Shown: positions 15,727-25,448 of the stretch, piece after piece
How positions within the stretch are numbered: position 1 is the stretch's first letter
How the letters are laid out: the number at the start of each line of letters is the position of its first letter
NCBI GenBank assembly: GCA_025839675.1
Contig: CP104013.1
Span: 870,001-902,000, forward strand
Source of the DNA: Candidatus Lokiarchaeum ossiferum
GTDB lineage: Archaea > Asgardarchaeota > Lokiarchaeia > Sigyniarchaeales > Promethearchaeaceae
Direction: 5' to 3'
Length of the DNA: 32,000 nt
Made by a program: the position numbers and the translations under genes
The notes under the pieces: model-generated
Told to the model about the DNA's origin: nothing
The model's database searches: none
Seen by the model: the letters and a program-made list of their open reading frames with translations, nothing else

Positions 15727-16629
15727 ATGCCAAATACTAAAACAAAAACTAAAACAAAATCTAAAAGTAAAGTGACAAAAAAGAGTTCAAAAAAAAATGT
15801 AAAAAGAAAATCCTCAAAAAAATCAAATAAGTCCTCTTTAAAAAAAACCAAAAAAACAAATTCTAAAAACAATCAAAAATCTACTAGTACACAAAGCGAT
15901 TCTTCTAATCTCAAAAAAGAGGTTAAGTCACAAATGCAATTAAAATCGGAAGTAAAACCAAATAATATCCATAAGAAAGACAATGTGGAACCAAAATCTA
16001 CAGTTGTTGCACGAAATCTTCTTCGACTTTATCAATACCTTCAAATGGACAAACCTATTGAAGAAACTAAATTGATAGAAGAAATGGAATTGAATACCCC
16101 AAATGAAAAATTACGACAAAAATTGATGCAAATTGAATTAGAAAGTCAATCGATTTATGAGGAAAATCATGCATTGAGGCAAAGCGCCCTTCAAACCCAA
16201 ATTGAAGCTGAAGAAAAGGTTGAAGCTATTGAAATGGAGAATGAAGAATTAAAGGGAAAAATCAAACAATTTAATACACGAATTAAAGTTGAACTTGAAA
16301 AAGTGGCTCAGAAATATGAAGCGATTATAAAAAAATTAAAACTTGAATTAAATTCCGCCCAAAGTAAAAATGAAGAAATATCGGTGGTTAGTGACGGAAT
16401 TGAAGGGTTACAAGCCAAATTCACATTACTATTTCAACAAAATGAAGATCTTCAAACTGAAAATACCGCATTAAAATCCACCATTGAAGATTTAAATGAA
16501 AAAATTGTTGAAAGCAACGAAAAACGAGAAAAACAACAAAAGAAAGAACGGGAACTGGAGAAAAAAGTGGAATTGCAGAAAATGGTAATAGATGGGTATA
16601 AAAGAAAAGAACAAAAAGAAACCCAATAG
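15727..16629 (+). CDS. Protein with Lys/Ser/Thr-rich basic N-terminal tail and long coiled coil
   Basis: MPNTKTKTKTKSKSKVTKKSSKKNVKRKSSKKSNKSSLKKTKKTNSKNNQK, followed by ~200 aa of heptad-like E/K/Q/L sequence. No recognisable enzymatic motif. Confidence 0.6.
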   Translation: MPNTKTKTKTKSKSKVTKKSSKKNVKRKSSKKSNKSSLKKTKKTNSKNNQKSTSTQSDSSNLKKEVKSQMQLKSEVKPNNIHKKDNVEPKSTVVARNLLRLYQYLQMDKPIEETKLIEEMELNTPNEKLRQKLMQIELESQSIYEENHALRQSALQTQIEAEEKVEAIEMENEELKGKIKQFNTRIKVELEKVAQKYEAIIKKLKLELNSAQSKNEEISVVSDGIEGLQAKFTLLFQQNEDLQTENTALKSTIEDLNEKIVESNEKREKQQKKERELEKKVELQKMVIDGYKRKEQKETQ

Positions 16630-16711
16630 TGAATTCTTCAAAAGTTGATTTAATAGTAGTGGATTTCTAATTTGTTTCTATCTCTTAGATACATTTTTTT
16701 CCTTATAACAA

Positions 16712-17284
16712 TTAAAGTTCTAATTTCCAATCTTCAATCTTTTCCAACAGTAAACTGGAGACATTTTCATGGATTATATCCATACCCGGTTTTATTTTAC
16801 GCTCAAAAGTTTTTATATCAAACAATATTTTATGACCACCTGTGATAATGAATAACTCTTCCTTTGAAGCTTTAATGACCGACAATAATTCATGAGCAGT
16901 GCTAATGGACCGGACTTTTCTCTCTAAATCATTCAAAACATCCAACGCAGTTTTATTTTCTTGCGGATCTTGTTTTGAAAAGTTTTCTGAATTCATATCA
17001 GTAAATTTTAACGACAGTTTAGATAGATGATTCTTAATTTTTTGCGCTTCATTGAGAATTTCTGATCGAGAACGGTTCGTTTCATGCAATTGATATTTCA
17101 AATCTCGTAATTCATGAACTTCTTCTTCAATTTTACCAACTTTATCAGATAAGATCGAAAGTTCGTGTTTCATTTCACCTATATTCTGTATAAGATTTAA
17201 GCCAAAATTTTGCAAGATTTGACCAAAACCATTAATTTTTTCTTCAAGAGATTTCTTTGATAATTGATCTTGTGGGTTCGCCAT
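16712..17284 (-). CDS. Hypothetical coiled-coil protein
   Basis: 190-aa ORF transcribed divergently from the GTPase gene. The N-terminal two-thirds are heptad-like. No recognisable motifs. Confidence 0.5.
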   Translation of the reverse strand: MANPQDQLSKKSLEEKINGFGQILQNFGLNLIQNIGEMKHELSILSDKVGKIEEEVHELRDLKYQLHETNRSRSEILNEAQKIKNHLSKLSLKFTDMNSENFSKQDPQENKTALDVLNDLERKVRSISTAHELLSVIKASKEELFIITGGHKILFDIKTFERKIKPGMDIIHENVSSLLLEKIEDWKLEL

Positions 17285-17423
17285 ACTAAATCACATATTT
17301 AGATATTGAAACTATAAAACAAATAATACACTTATAATCCTATTAATTAAGTAATAAGTTAATAAGATTTATATCTAAAGTATTTATTAAGAAAGAAAAA
17401 ATCACTCAAAGCCGATTAAAAGA

Positions 17424-18302
17424 ATGATACAACATGTCAATATTTTAACTATCGATGGAAAATCGCTACTTTTTCGTGAATATGGTGCAACTAAAGTAGA
17501 TCAAGACTTACTTGCAGGATTTTTAAGTGCTTTCAGTGGATTTATGATGGAAATTTCCCAATCTGAAATTAAATCAACAATCACTGGCAAGTCAAAATTC
17601 ATATATAGTAAAGCGAAATCAATAATCGTGGTGATTTGTGCAGATATTGCAGATAAGGATGATGAAATCATCCCAATTTTAGAAACGATTTTAAAAAAAT
17701 TTATCGATCGGTATTGGGATGTGTTTAGAAATGATAATTGGAATGGGGAACGTTCTCTTTTCAATGATTTTTTTGACGAAATTGATAAACTTATTTTAGG
17801 TCCAATTAAAGTATCCATTTTAGGATATGCCGGTGTTGGAAAAACAACGATTACCCGCTTGATAATCGGAAAAGAAGCTAATTTAGAATATATCCCTACA
17901 ATTACGGCAGATATCGCAAATTATGATAAATTGGGAAGTCGAACAATAGTTCTCTGGGATTTTGCAGGTCAAATTCAATTTACTGATTTATGGAATTCCC
18001 TATTAAAAGGAACTCGAATTATTCTTCTAATCACCGATTCAACTTATAAAAATGTGCAAGCTTCAAAAAAAATTATTGAAAAATTTGTAGAAAAACGTTA
18101 TTCTGATGCCGAAATCATTGGAATTGCCAATAAGCAAGATCTTCCTAACCGATTAACAAGCACATTCGTTGAAAAAATCTTAAACATTCCAACATATGGT
18201 ATGATTTCTACGAATGCCGACTATCGATTAATGATCCACGAGATTTTAAAAAAATCTATTGATCGAATTAATCAACAAGACAGTTTTCGCGAGATAAAAT
18301 AG
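17424..18302 (+). CDS. Longin-like N-terminal domain fused to Ras-superfamily small GTPase
   Basis: GTPase motifs are G1 GYAGVGKTT, G2 region IPTITAD, G3 WDFAGQ, G4 NKQD and G5-like ISTNA. The N-terminal ~125 aa (MIQHVNILTIDGKSLLFREYG...LLAGFLSAFSGFMMEI...KFIYSKAKSIIVVICADI...IIPILETILKKFIDRYW) show a beta-beta-alpha-beta-beta-beta-alpha pattern by eye. Confidence 0.85.
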   Translation: MIQHVNILTIDGKSLLFREYGATKVDQDLLAGFLSAFSGFMMEISQSEIKSTITGKSKFIYSKAKSIIVVICADIADKDDEIIPILETILKKFIDRYWDVFRNDNWNGERSLFNDFFDEIDKLILGPIKVSILGYAGVGKTTITRLIIGKEANLEYIPTITADIANYDKLGSRTIVLWDFAGQIQFTDLWNSLLKGTRIILLITDSTYKNVQASKKIIEKFVEKRYSDAEIIGIANKQDLPNRLTSTFVEKILNIPTYGMISTNADYRLMIHEILKKSIDRINQQDSFREIK

Positions 18303-18349
18303 ACGTTTTACCAAAAATTTTTTTTAACAAAAATAAATAGGTCTTTATT

Positions 18350-20098
18350 ATGCAGCTACAAGTCGAACCCCTAGCAATTCAAGAATCAGATAAATTTGAT
18401 GTGGTAAAATTACCCCTACTTTCTGAAGAACAACAGAAGATAATTAACCCTATAGTCCCGCCTACCTCAGGAATTCGAATGGTTATTTTGGACAAAAAGA
18501 ATGATTTGTTATTGATGCCCGCAAATCGGCAATATATGTTCCTACGCGTATTCAAAGCAATAAGTGAAGTCGCAAAACAAGAAATAGGTAAACCCCAACC
18601 GGGAGTTTTGCTTGTTTCCGACGATCGACCTTCGGCAAATCATCTCGTTGGATTATACGCAAAAATATTGGCTTATGATGGATATAAAATTTATTTCCAA
18701 AAAACCTATGATCCCCAATCGAAAGCGGAAGCAGATAACGAGCCCTTTTATAGTCGCATGGGCACCCCTCATGGGAGTGCAAGTGTTGCTTTATTTGAGG
18801 AAATAGATTTAGTGATCGTATTAACTGCCAGTCATAATGATCTGATCTGGAATGGGGTGAAGTTTTACATTGATTTACCAATGCCTATTAGTGGAAGGGT
18901 TATGCAATCTGTTTCACAACGAGCATTAGAAATGTCCGAAATTCGGATGCAAAAGGATTTTTGTGCCCAATACATAGATGCAGATAAACGAAATAATGAT
19001 TACATAATAGATTTAACCAAAAAAGTCATAGATCTTTCGATATTGAGAAATACGAAGTTACTTTTATGGCCATATATGGGACGTGCGCCAGAATTACGAG
19101 ATCTATTCGAACGCGTTGGTGTAAATGTCGTTTTAATAGAAAGAGCCATGGAGCCCCCTAATCCAACAGTGAATATTGACTATCCGTATCTTGAATCCAA
19201 AATGCAGGAGCATCAAATATCCGTCGCAATTTTATTAGATACAGATCGCGATCGCATTGTCTTGGTAACACGTAATTCTAAAACTTCCAAACTGGAAACA
19301 TTTTTACCTAATTCCCTGTATGCAGCGATGCATAGCATTCTTGCAAAAGATTTTCACAAAAATATAATTAATGTGCGGACAATCCCAAGCGATCCACGCG
19401 GTGATAGCGCTTGTAAATTGAGTTTTGTTACTGGAGTAGGATATAAACACCTTGGCATGATATTATATGGTGCTTTGGGAAAAACCATCGATACAGCCAA
19501 ATTTGATACAGGGATATTGTACGTTGAACAAAATTCTAAATATGAAAAATTAAAACACATCCACGATATTCAACGAGCAATTCAACAATCTCCCATTCGT
19601 GGAGAAGATATCCTAATGGTCTTATGGGAAGAATCGGGAGGGCACACAATCAACCTCCTTGACATCACCGAAGACAACAATCACATGCAAATTTCCTCGA
19701 AAATCCCTACCATTGGGGATAAATATCCTGCAGAAGCATTATTAATCATTTGCACTCTATTAGCCAAAGGATATAATTTTAGTGACATACTCTCTAAGGA
19801 GATCGCAGGTACGCGAAAAATGATTGAGGCAGATGATGAAAAAAAAGTGAAAATTGTTTCAACTTTTGCCCAAATGGAAGGTCAATCTTTCCAAGTAAAG
19901 GAGCAAACATATACAATCAACACGTTTCAACAAGTCAATAACCAAATTGCGATCATTTATCTTAGTTCTTTGCAGACTAAAGTTTATTTCCGCCCCTCTG
20001 GAACGGGTCCGGGAGTGCGTGTCTATATTTTTGGTCCGAAAAACACCATTGACCAAGAATTAGATCAAATTATTGGTAGGATCAATACAATGTTTTAA
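18350..20098 (+). CDS. Alpha-D-phosphohexomutase superfamily protein (phosphoglucomutase/phosphomannomutase-like)
   Basis: Phosphoserine loop LTASHNDLIWNGVKFY (compare TASHNP). Metal loop LLDTDRDRIV (D-x-D-x-D-R). Sugar loop WEESGGH. Phosphate loop RPSGTGPGVRVY (compare RPSGTEPxxRxY). Confidence 0.85.
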   Translation: MQLQVEPLAIQESDKFDVVKLPLLSEEQQKIINPIVPPTSGIRMVILDKKNDLLLMPANRQYMFLRVFKAISEVAKQEIGKPQPGVLLVSDDRPSANHLVGLYAKILAYDGYKIYFQKTYDPQSKAEADNEPFYSRMGTPHGSASVALFEEIDLVIVLTASHNDLIWNGVKFYIDLPMPISGRVMQSVSQRALEMSEIRMQKDFCAQYIDADKRNNDYIIDLTKKVIDLSILRNTKLLLWPYMGRAPELRDLFERVGVNVVLIERAMEPPNPTVNIDYPYLESKMQEHQISVAILLDTDRDRIVLVTRNSKTSKLETFLPNSLYAAMHSILAKDFHKNIINVRTIPSDPRGDSACKLSFVTGVGYKHLGMILYGALGKTIDTAKFDTGILYVEQNSKYEKLKHIHDIQRAIQQSPIRGEDILMVLWEESGGHTINLLDITEDNNHMQISSKIPTIGDKYPAEALLIICTLLAKGYNFSDILSKEIAGTRKMIEADDEKKVKIVSTFAQMEGQSFQVKEQTYTINTFQQVNNQIAIIYLSSLQTKVYFRPSGTGPGVRVYIFGPKNTIDQELDQIIGRINTMF

Positions 20099-20248
20099 CT
20101 CTTTTTTCTACTTCTTTCTTTTCTTTAGAGATCTTCTTAGACAAATACAATCAAAAGATTCTTGTAAACTAATTTTACACGAATGAATAACTAATTAAAA
20201 GAGAAGTTCAAGTTACTAAAGGTTTAATTTTGAGTAAAAGGGGTAAAA

Positions 20249-20268
20249 CAGTCTTCAAGGTTATAAAC
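20249..20268. repeat. Left terminal inverted repeat of the IS
   Basis: 18/20 match to the reverse complement of 21708-21727. Confidence 0.8.
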
Positions 20269-20353
20269 GATCCGAATTAAATCGCCTATAACCGTTCCAA
20301 GCTGAAAACCGATCAAGTTATAAAAGGGAAAGAAGAAATAATATTGAATCTAT

Positions 20354-21708
20354 ATGATATCTTTACAGTCACGGGCGATTCCCCAATCGACCGACTGCTC
20401 TTTCCCTAAGGATATCTTTCTTTTGAAAGAATTTAAAGCTTTACTTAATGAGCAGATCAAACTATTGGGGCTGGCCAAACGATTCCGTCCTCGGCTATAT
20501 ACATGGGCTGATTTTGTCTTCCCAAAATTATATGCACTTACTCGACAAATCTCAGTCCATGTTGCTTCTGAAGGTCTAAATGCTTTCCTTGTTAGACATT
20601 ACAAGTCAAAATATCGCTTACAACCCAAACGATTTCAAGATAAAGTACGTCATCGACGATTTATCCCACATCAGACCGATGTCGACAAATTTTTCCGCCG
20701 GTTATCGAAAAAAGAAGTTCAAAATCTCTTCGGAAATATCAATATGGCCCTCTGTCGTAAGATCGCTACTTTCTTTGGTCCTTCTCAAAAATGGCGATTC
20801 TTGGTCGATAATACGGAATATCCTTATTATGGTTCAACTCAGACCCCGTATGAACAGAAGACCTTCAAGCGTCACATGGGTACAAAACAGTGCGTATGTT
20901 TCAAGGTCATTCAACTCATTGTCAAAATATTACCCTCTTTACCGATTTCTATTTACTGCAGAAAGGGGTGGGACGTTGGCTATCAATCCCAAATTCTGTT
21001 GATTGGTTGAAATTCAATAATTTTGGGTTTAATTATGGTCTAATGGATCGGGAATTTTATCGAGTACAACTCGTGAAAATGTTAAAAGATCGTAAAATTC
21101 CGATCATAATGCCAGCAAAGAAATACTCACATGTTAAACGCCGAATTAAAAACTACTTGCTAAAAACGGCCCCTTTAGTCTCAACTTACTTATTTAAACA
21201 GAAACCAGGTGCAAAACCCTGGCAAAGTTCGGTGAATCTACATATTGTCATTGTAGGACATGATGATCAACCTGCGTGGAAAATCCGTGATCAATTCTGG
21301 AAGAAGCAAATCACTTATGATGAGGCGATTCACCAATTATCAGCATTCTTTACAACCTTGGATCCTTGGAAAAATAAACGATCGTGGGCAAAATGGTTGA
21401 CTAAGACCTATAAAATTCGATGGAATCAGGAAACAGGGTTCAGCTCTTTAAATAGAATTCATGAACAATTCCGATACCGCTATCCAACTGTACATCTGGC
21501 GGAATTGTACCTTCGTGTAATGATCCACAATGGATGGCAGTTTTATCGTAATCAAGGTTTAAAACAAGGGATTCATCATCAAGAATTAACTCTTTTTTGG
21601 TATAGAAATCGTATGTTAAATCAACTTGAGGAAATCATTGTAAGATCAAGCTATGAAAATGTAAAATATTTACAAAAAAGGAAAAGGAGGCTATACTTTG
21701 AAATATAG
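20354..21708 (+). pseudogene. DDE transposase (IS4/ISH3-like) interrupted by a frameshift near 20881-20892
   Basis: Frame 2 (20354-21010) carries the first Asp region, RFLVDNTEYPYYG. Frame 1 (20890-21708) carries GLMDREFY (second Asp) and YKIRWNQETGFSSLNR (Y-x2-R-x3-E signature). The frames switch around the A-run in acaaaacagtg. No single ORF spans all three catalytic regions. Confidence 0.75.
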
Positions 21709-21727
21709 GTTATAACCTTTAAGACTG
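21708..21727. repeat. Right terminal inverted repeat of the IS
   Basis: ggttataacctttaagactg. It overlaps the transposase TAG stop (21706-21708). Confidence 0.8.
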
Positions 21728-21787
21728 GGTAAAAAAAAAAGATGAATAAATTCATCTTGAATACTTAAACAAGTATATGCTTGCTAC

Positions 21788-23587
21788 TTAATGTCGTTTT
21801 TTGTAAATTAAAGCGGACATGGTAATAGCGGCAATACCCATTAAAGCAACTACTGAGAAACCAGGAATACCTTTTGGAATTTCAGAATAGTCGAAGTCCC
21901 AGAGGTAGAAGTACAATTTACCCATAGCATTTCGAGCGGTGTTCTTACATCCAGTGAAGTATACGGATCGAGCGTTGCTAACGTATAAGTATGCCCAGAC
22001 ACCTTGATCAATAACACGTGCTTGAATGTCTTTGTAAATTTGTTCACGGAGGGTTTCATTGGTTTCAACTAAACCGGCTTCCATTAAGTCATTTAATCCA
22101 ACAACAGGTGTTGAATCATTTACGTGTGCATGGTTAGAGGTTGAGGTTGGGGATAATAATGGGTTGATAAAGTTGCTAGGATCATTATAGTCTGGACCCC
22201 ATCCCAACATAAAGATTTGGCATGATCCGTCATCTAATGAGTCTAAGAATTCACCCCAGGTTAATCCACTAACGGTGACTTTGATTCCAATTTTAGCGAA
22301 GTTAGCTTTTGCTAATTCTCCAACTCCTTCACGCATGGCGTTTCCAGAGTTATAGGTGTATGTGTAAGAAACAACGGTAGCTGCTTCCCATTGATCATCG
22401 GTAGAGCTTGCGGTTAATCCAGTGGTTTGTGATAAGGCTAAATCTCCAGTTCCTTCACCAGCTGCAATAGCGGCTAACATCTTTTCACGTGCCAAAGTAA
22501 GGTTTTGGACAGGTGCTTTAATGGTGTCATCATGGTACATAATACCTTTTGGCACAATAGAGGTCATTTGAGCTAATTCACCTTGACCTAATTCTTCAAT
22601 GATGTAAGTATAGTTCAAAGCGGCTTGCATAGCGTTTCGAGTGTTTTTCTCAATCTTATTGAAATCGAATCCCATGTAAATGATAACGGTTCCTTGCATT
22701 CGGTCTCCAACGTCATGATATTCACTTGATTCGTATTCGTCCATGAATTCCATACTGATTCCACCGATTGCATCGATATCTCCAGAGAGGAAAGCTTGGT
22801 TCAAAGTGGTTGCATCATCGTATAATACCCAGTGCATTTCTAAAATGTCAGGGGCATCTCCACCATACCAGTCTTCAAAGTATTTGAATACAGTTAAACG
22901 GTCGGTGTTAGATTCTTGATAGTATGGACCGGTTCCGATTAAAGTATCGGTTGCGGTTACATAATAATCATCTTCAGGTGTACTTCCTTCGAAGTCGGAT
23001 AAGATTACGGAACCTGCAAAGCATAATAATGGAATGAAGGCGACGTATTCATAGTTTAATAAGAATTTAACGTGGGTTGCATTAATTGCGGTAGTGCTGT
23101 AGATCAACAATGGAGTGTTTGGATATAATGAAGCCAAAGGTTCATATAATTCTGCGATTTGGGTGGCTGATTCGTTTGAACATAAGAAGTTTAATCGATC
23201 GAATGTAAAAACAACATCGTCAGCATTAAAATCGGATCCATCATGGAATTTAACTCCAGTTTTTAATTCAACGGTATAACTATATTTAGTTCCGTTTGTT
23301 GTACTTTCTTCACCCCAAACACCGAAGGCTTTAGCCAATTGTGGTTGGATGGCGAGGCTTGGATCGGTTAAATCATAAGAGAATAGACCTTCACATACTT
23401 GATCAATGTGGTCGATTGATGCACTATCCCATGCAAATTGTGGGTCTAAATCCACAACGAGCGAGGAAGTTCCATAAATCATAGGTCGAGGCTCTAATGC
23501 TTCATCAGCTGCTGCAATAGGTAACAGTGCGCTGAGAACCAAAGCTGCCATTACGACAAATACATTTATTTTTTTCATTTTAATCAC
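21788..23587 (-). CDS. ABC transporter substrate-binding protein, family 5 (peptide/nickel, OppA/DppA-like) with signal peptide and PGF-CTERM-like C-terminal anchor
   Basis: N-terminal signal MKKINVFVVMAALVLSALLPIAAA. Family-5 motifs LIGTGPYY and GWGPDYNDP. The C-terminus is IPGFSVVALMGIAAITMSALIYKKRH (PGF, hydrophobic helix, then basic end). Confidence 0.85.
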   Translation of the reverse strand: MIKMKKINVFVVMAALVLSALLPIAAADEALEPRPMIYGTSSLVVDLDPQFAWDSASIDHIDQVCEGLFSYDLTDPSLAIQPQLAKAFGVWGEESTTNGTKYSYTVELKTGVKFHDGSDFNADDVVFTFDRLNFLCSNESATQIAELYEPLASLYPNTPLLIYSTTAINATHVKFLLNYEYVAFIPLLCFAGSVILSDFEGSTPEDDYYVTATDTLIGTGPYYQESNTDRLTVFKYFEDWYGGDAPDILEMHWVLYDDATTLNQAFLSGDIDAIGGISMEFMDEYESSEYHDVGDRMQGTVIIYMGFDFNKIEKNTRNAMQAALNYTYIIEELGQGELAQMTSIVPKGIMYHDDTIKAPVQNLTLAREKMLAAIAAGEGTGDLALSQTTGLTASSTDDQWEAATVVSYTYTYNSGNAMREGVGELAKANFAKIGIKVTVSGLTWGEFLDSLDDGSCQIFMLGWGPDYNDPSNFINPLLSPTSTSNHAHVNDSTPVVGLNDLMEAGLVETNETLREQIYKDIQARVIDQGVWAYLYVSNARSVYFTGCKNTARNAMGKLYFYLWDFDYSEIPKGIPGFSVVALMGIAAITMSALIYKKRH

Positions 23588-24769
23588 ACAGTTCCCAAAT
23601 TTTTATTAAAAAACTTGAAAATTTTTAGGAACATTTACTATTTAGAATTTTGACTTTAAAAAAGCTTCCTTTTTGGGCTAAGTTAAGATCCTACCTTTTT
23701 ATATTGTCAGTAAGATTTTTCGCCCGATCAAAAAATCATTGAATAAATGTGATTTTTATGGTCATCGGAAGAAAATGAGAATGAAAAATTTGATAAAGGA
23801 ATAAGTTAGAAATATGGCCCAAAATTGCACCAAAATGGACTATTGATCAAATAGTGATCTAATCAATTAATACTATATGATACCATTTAAATTTTTCAAC
23901 TGAAATCGACGTCGAAAATAATCGCTTGCAAAAAAAAAATTTCTACAGTGGATTATGCTAATGTTGAGCACAGAAAAAACCGAATAAATTACCAAATTTG
24001 GAAAATAATTTCACGTGATGAAGAATTTTTGATTATTCACAACTTCATTTTTCAAATTTGAAAAAATCCAATTCAAAGTGATTTTAAACCTGCAAAAAAC
24101 TAGATTGAAACTAATATTAATATGAAATTTATCAAATACTTCTGTTTTCATATAACAGTAGAATTACAGGAAATGTGCACAATAAGGAACAAATCGGTAG
24201 CTTTGTGATGAAGCAAGACAAAACAAATTGGAGGTAATTTCTTTTTATTCAGTAGAAGAAGAAAATGAAAATTATGAACTTTAAACATACAAAAAATAAT
24301 TTTATTGAAATTATTGAATAATTCTATAGACGCTGAGAATTCAGATCATAAGTTATTATTCCAATTTATAGAACGAGTCTTCCAAGGTATTATCACTGTA
24401 CAGCGGAAAAAAACTTTTATAAAATGAGAATAAAAATTAATTATCATCAAAAACTTGTTTTAGTAAATTAAATTCAATTGAAATAAAATTTATTTTTGTC
24501 CCGCTTTTTTTTCATGCTGGAAAATTTCGATAAGCTTTGCTAGGTGATATTTTCAAATTGGAAGGAAAAGTTAATAAAAAATTGAACTTCGTTTGGTTTC
24601 AAAATTATGTAAAAATGAAAAGTTTTTTATTATTATCCTTTTTCATTTTTATTAAGATTTGATTTCTCAAAGCTAGAGTATCAAAATACCTAAAAACAAT
24701 TACTCAAATGAAAAATCAAACGGTATTTGTTTTTTTATAATTTACATAAAACAATTTTTTTATATAGAG

Positions 24770-25417
24770 TTGAAAATTATGGTTGAAGAAACAGAAAAAA
24801 AAAAATTTTCCATAGATTTTAAGCGAATAACAAAATTTGTTGTAGCATTTTTGTTAATTAACTTCTTATTCTTCGGTTGGATTTGTAATACAGGTTTATA
24901 TGATTCGATCCAGTTAGATCCAAACTATATTATGAATCTGATGGAAACGGAGTATATCCGAGAACCGAGGTTATTGTTCGTATACACAAATTTATGGGAC
25001 TTCACAAATACATTCACACCAATGGGGATCCATTTACCTCCTGTAGTCGATTTTGTCGAATATTTACCAGGAGCCTTTTCTATCCTAATTTTGTTTTTTA
25101 TTGGGATATATCAAGGATATCAAGAAGATTTTATGGTGTATTCCATCAAAAATAATTTCTGGATGGTTCCTTTCATTGTTCTTTTGTCGTGGATCTGGTC
25201 CGCAGTAGTGTACGTTGGAACTCGAAATATTTTCCAAATTATTGGAGACTATTTTAGCAGTTATCATGGGTATTTAAACATAATCTTCCTTGTTATCTGG
25301 TACACGAGCGCAGGAATTGTGGGAGGCATTTTGAAAAGTTACTTCTATCAGAAGGCCCATGCAGTTGAAGCAGGAGTTCTTGCTGAAGAAGAAGCGAGTG
25401 AAGAAATTGCAGCATAA
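24770..25417 (+). CDS. Multi-pass membrane protein of unknown function, first gene upstream of the ABC permeases
   Basis: 215 aa with several hydrophobic helices and an acidic C-terminus (EEEASEEIAA). The track start is TTG 24770; an ATG is at 24779. Confidence 0.55.
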   Translation: MKIMVEETEKKKFSIDFKRITKFVVAFLLINFLFFGWICNTGLYDSIQLDPNYIMNLMETEYIREPRLLFVYTNLWDFTNTFTPMGIHLPPVVDFVEYLPGAFSILILFFIGIYQGYQEDFMVYSIKNNFWMVPFIVLLSWIWSAVVYVGTRNIFQIIGDYFSSYHGYLNIIFLVIWYTSAGIVGGILKSYFYQKAHAVEAGVLAEEEASEEIAA

Positions 25418-25448
25418 TTTTTTTTAGAATAATATAAAATGAAAATGG

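Larger units (their letters stand above)
20249..21727 (+). mobile_element. IS element (IS4/ISH3-like DDE type), 1479 bp, with imperfect terminal inverted repeats and 7-bp flanking direct repeat
   Basis: IRL is cagtcttcaaggttataaac (20249-20268). The reverse complement of IRR (21708-21727) is cagtcttaaaggttataacc, an 18/20 match. GGTAAAA lies immediately outside both ends (20242-20248 and 21728-21734). A transposase reading frame fills the interior. Confidence 0.85.

Noticed and set aside
20881-20892. Programmed -1 ribosomal frameshift in the transposase
   Set aside because: IS4/ISH3-type transposases are normally single ORFs. The site is only a short A-run (acaaaacag), with no obvious heptanucleotide slippery motif or downstream structure. 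An indel or sequencing error is more parsimonious.
20580-21002. 140-aa frame-3 ORF inside the IS as an independent gene or a second frameshift segment
   Set aside because: It overlaps the frame-2 transposase N-terminal part completely. It carries no transposase motifs that I can recognise. A single frame-2 to frame-1 switch suffices to join the D, D and E regions.
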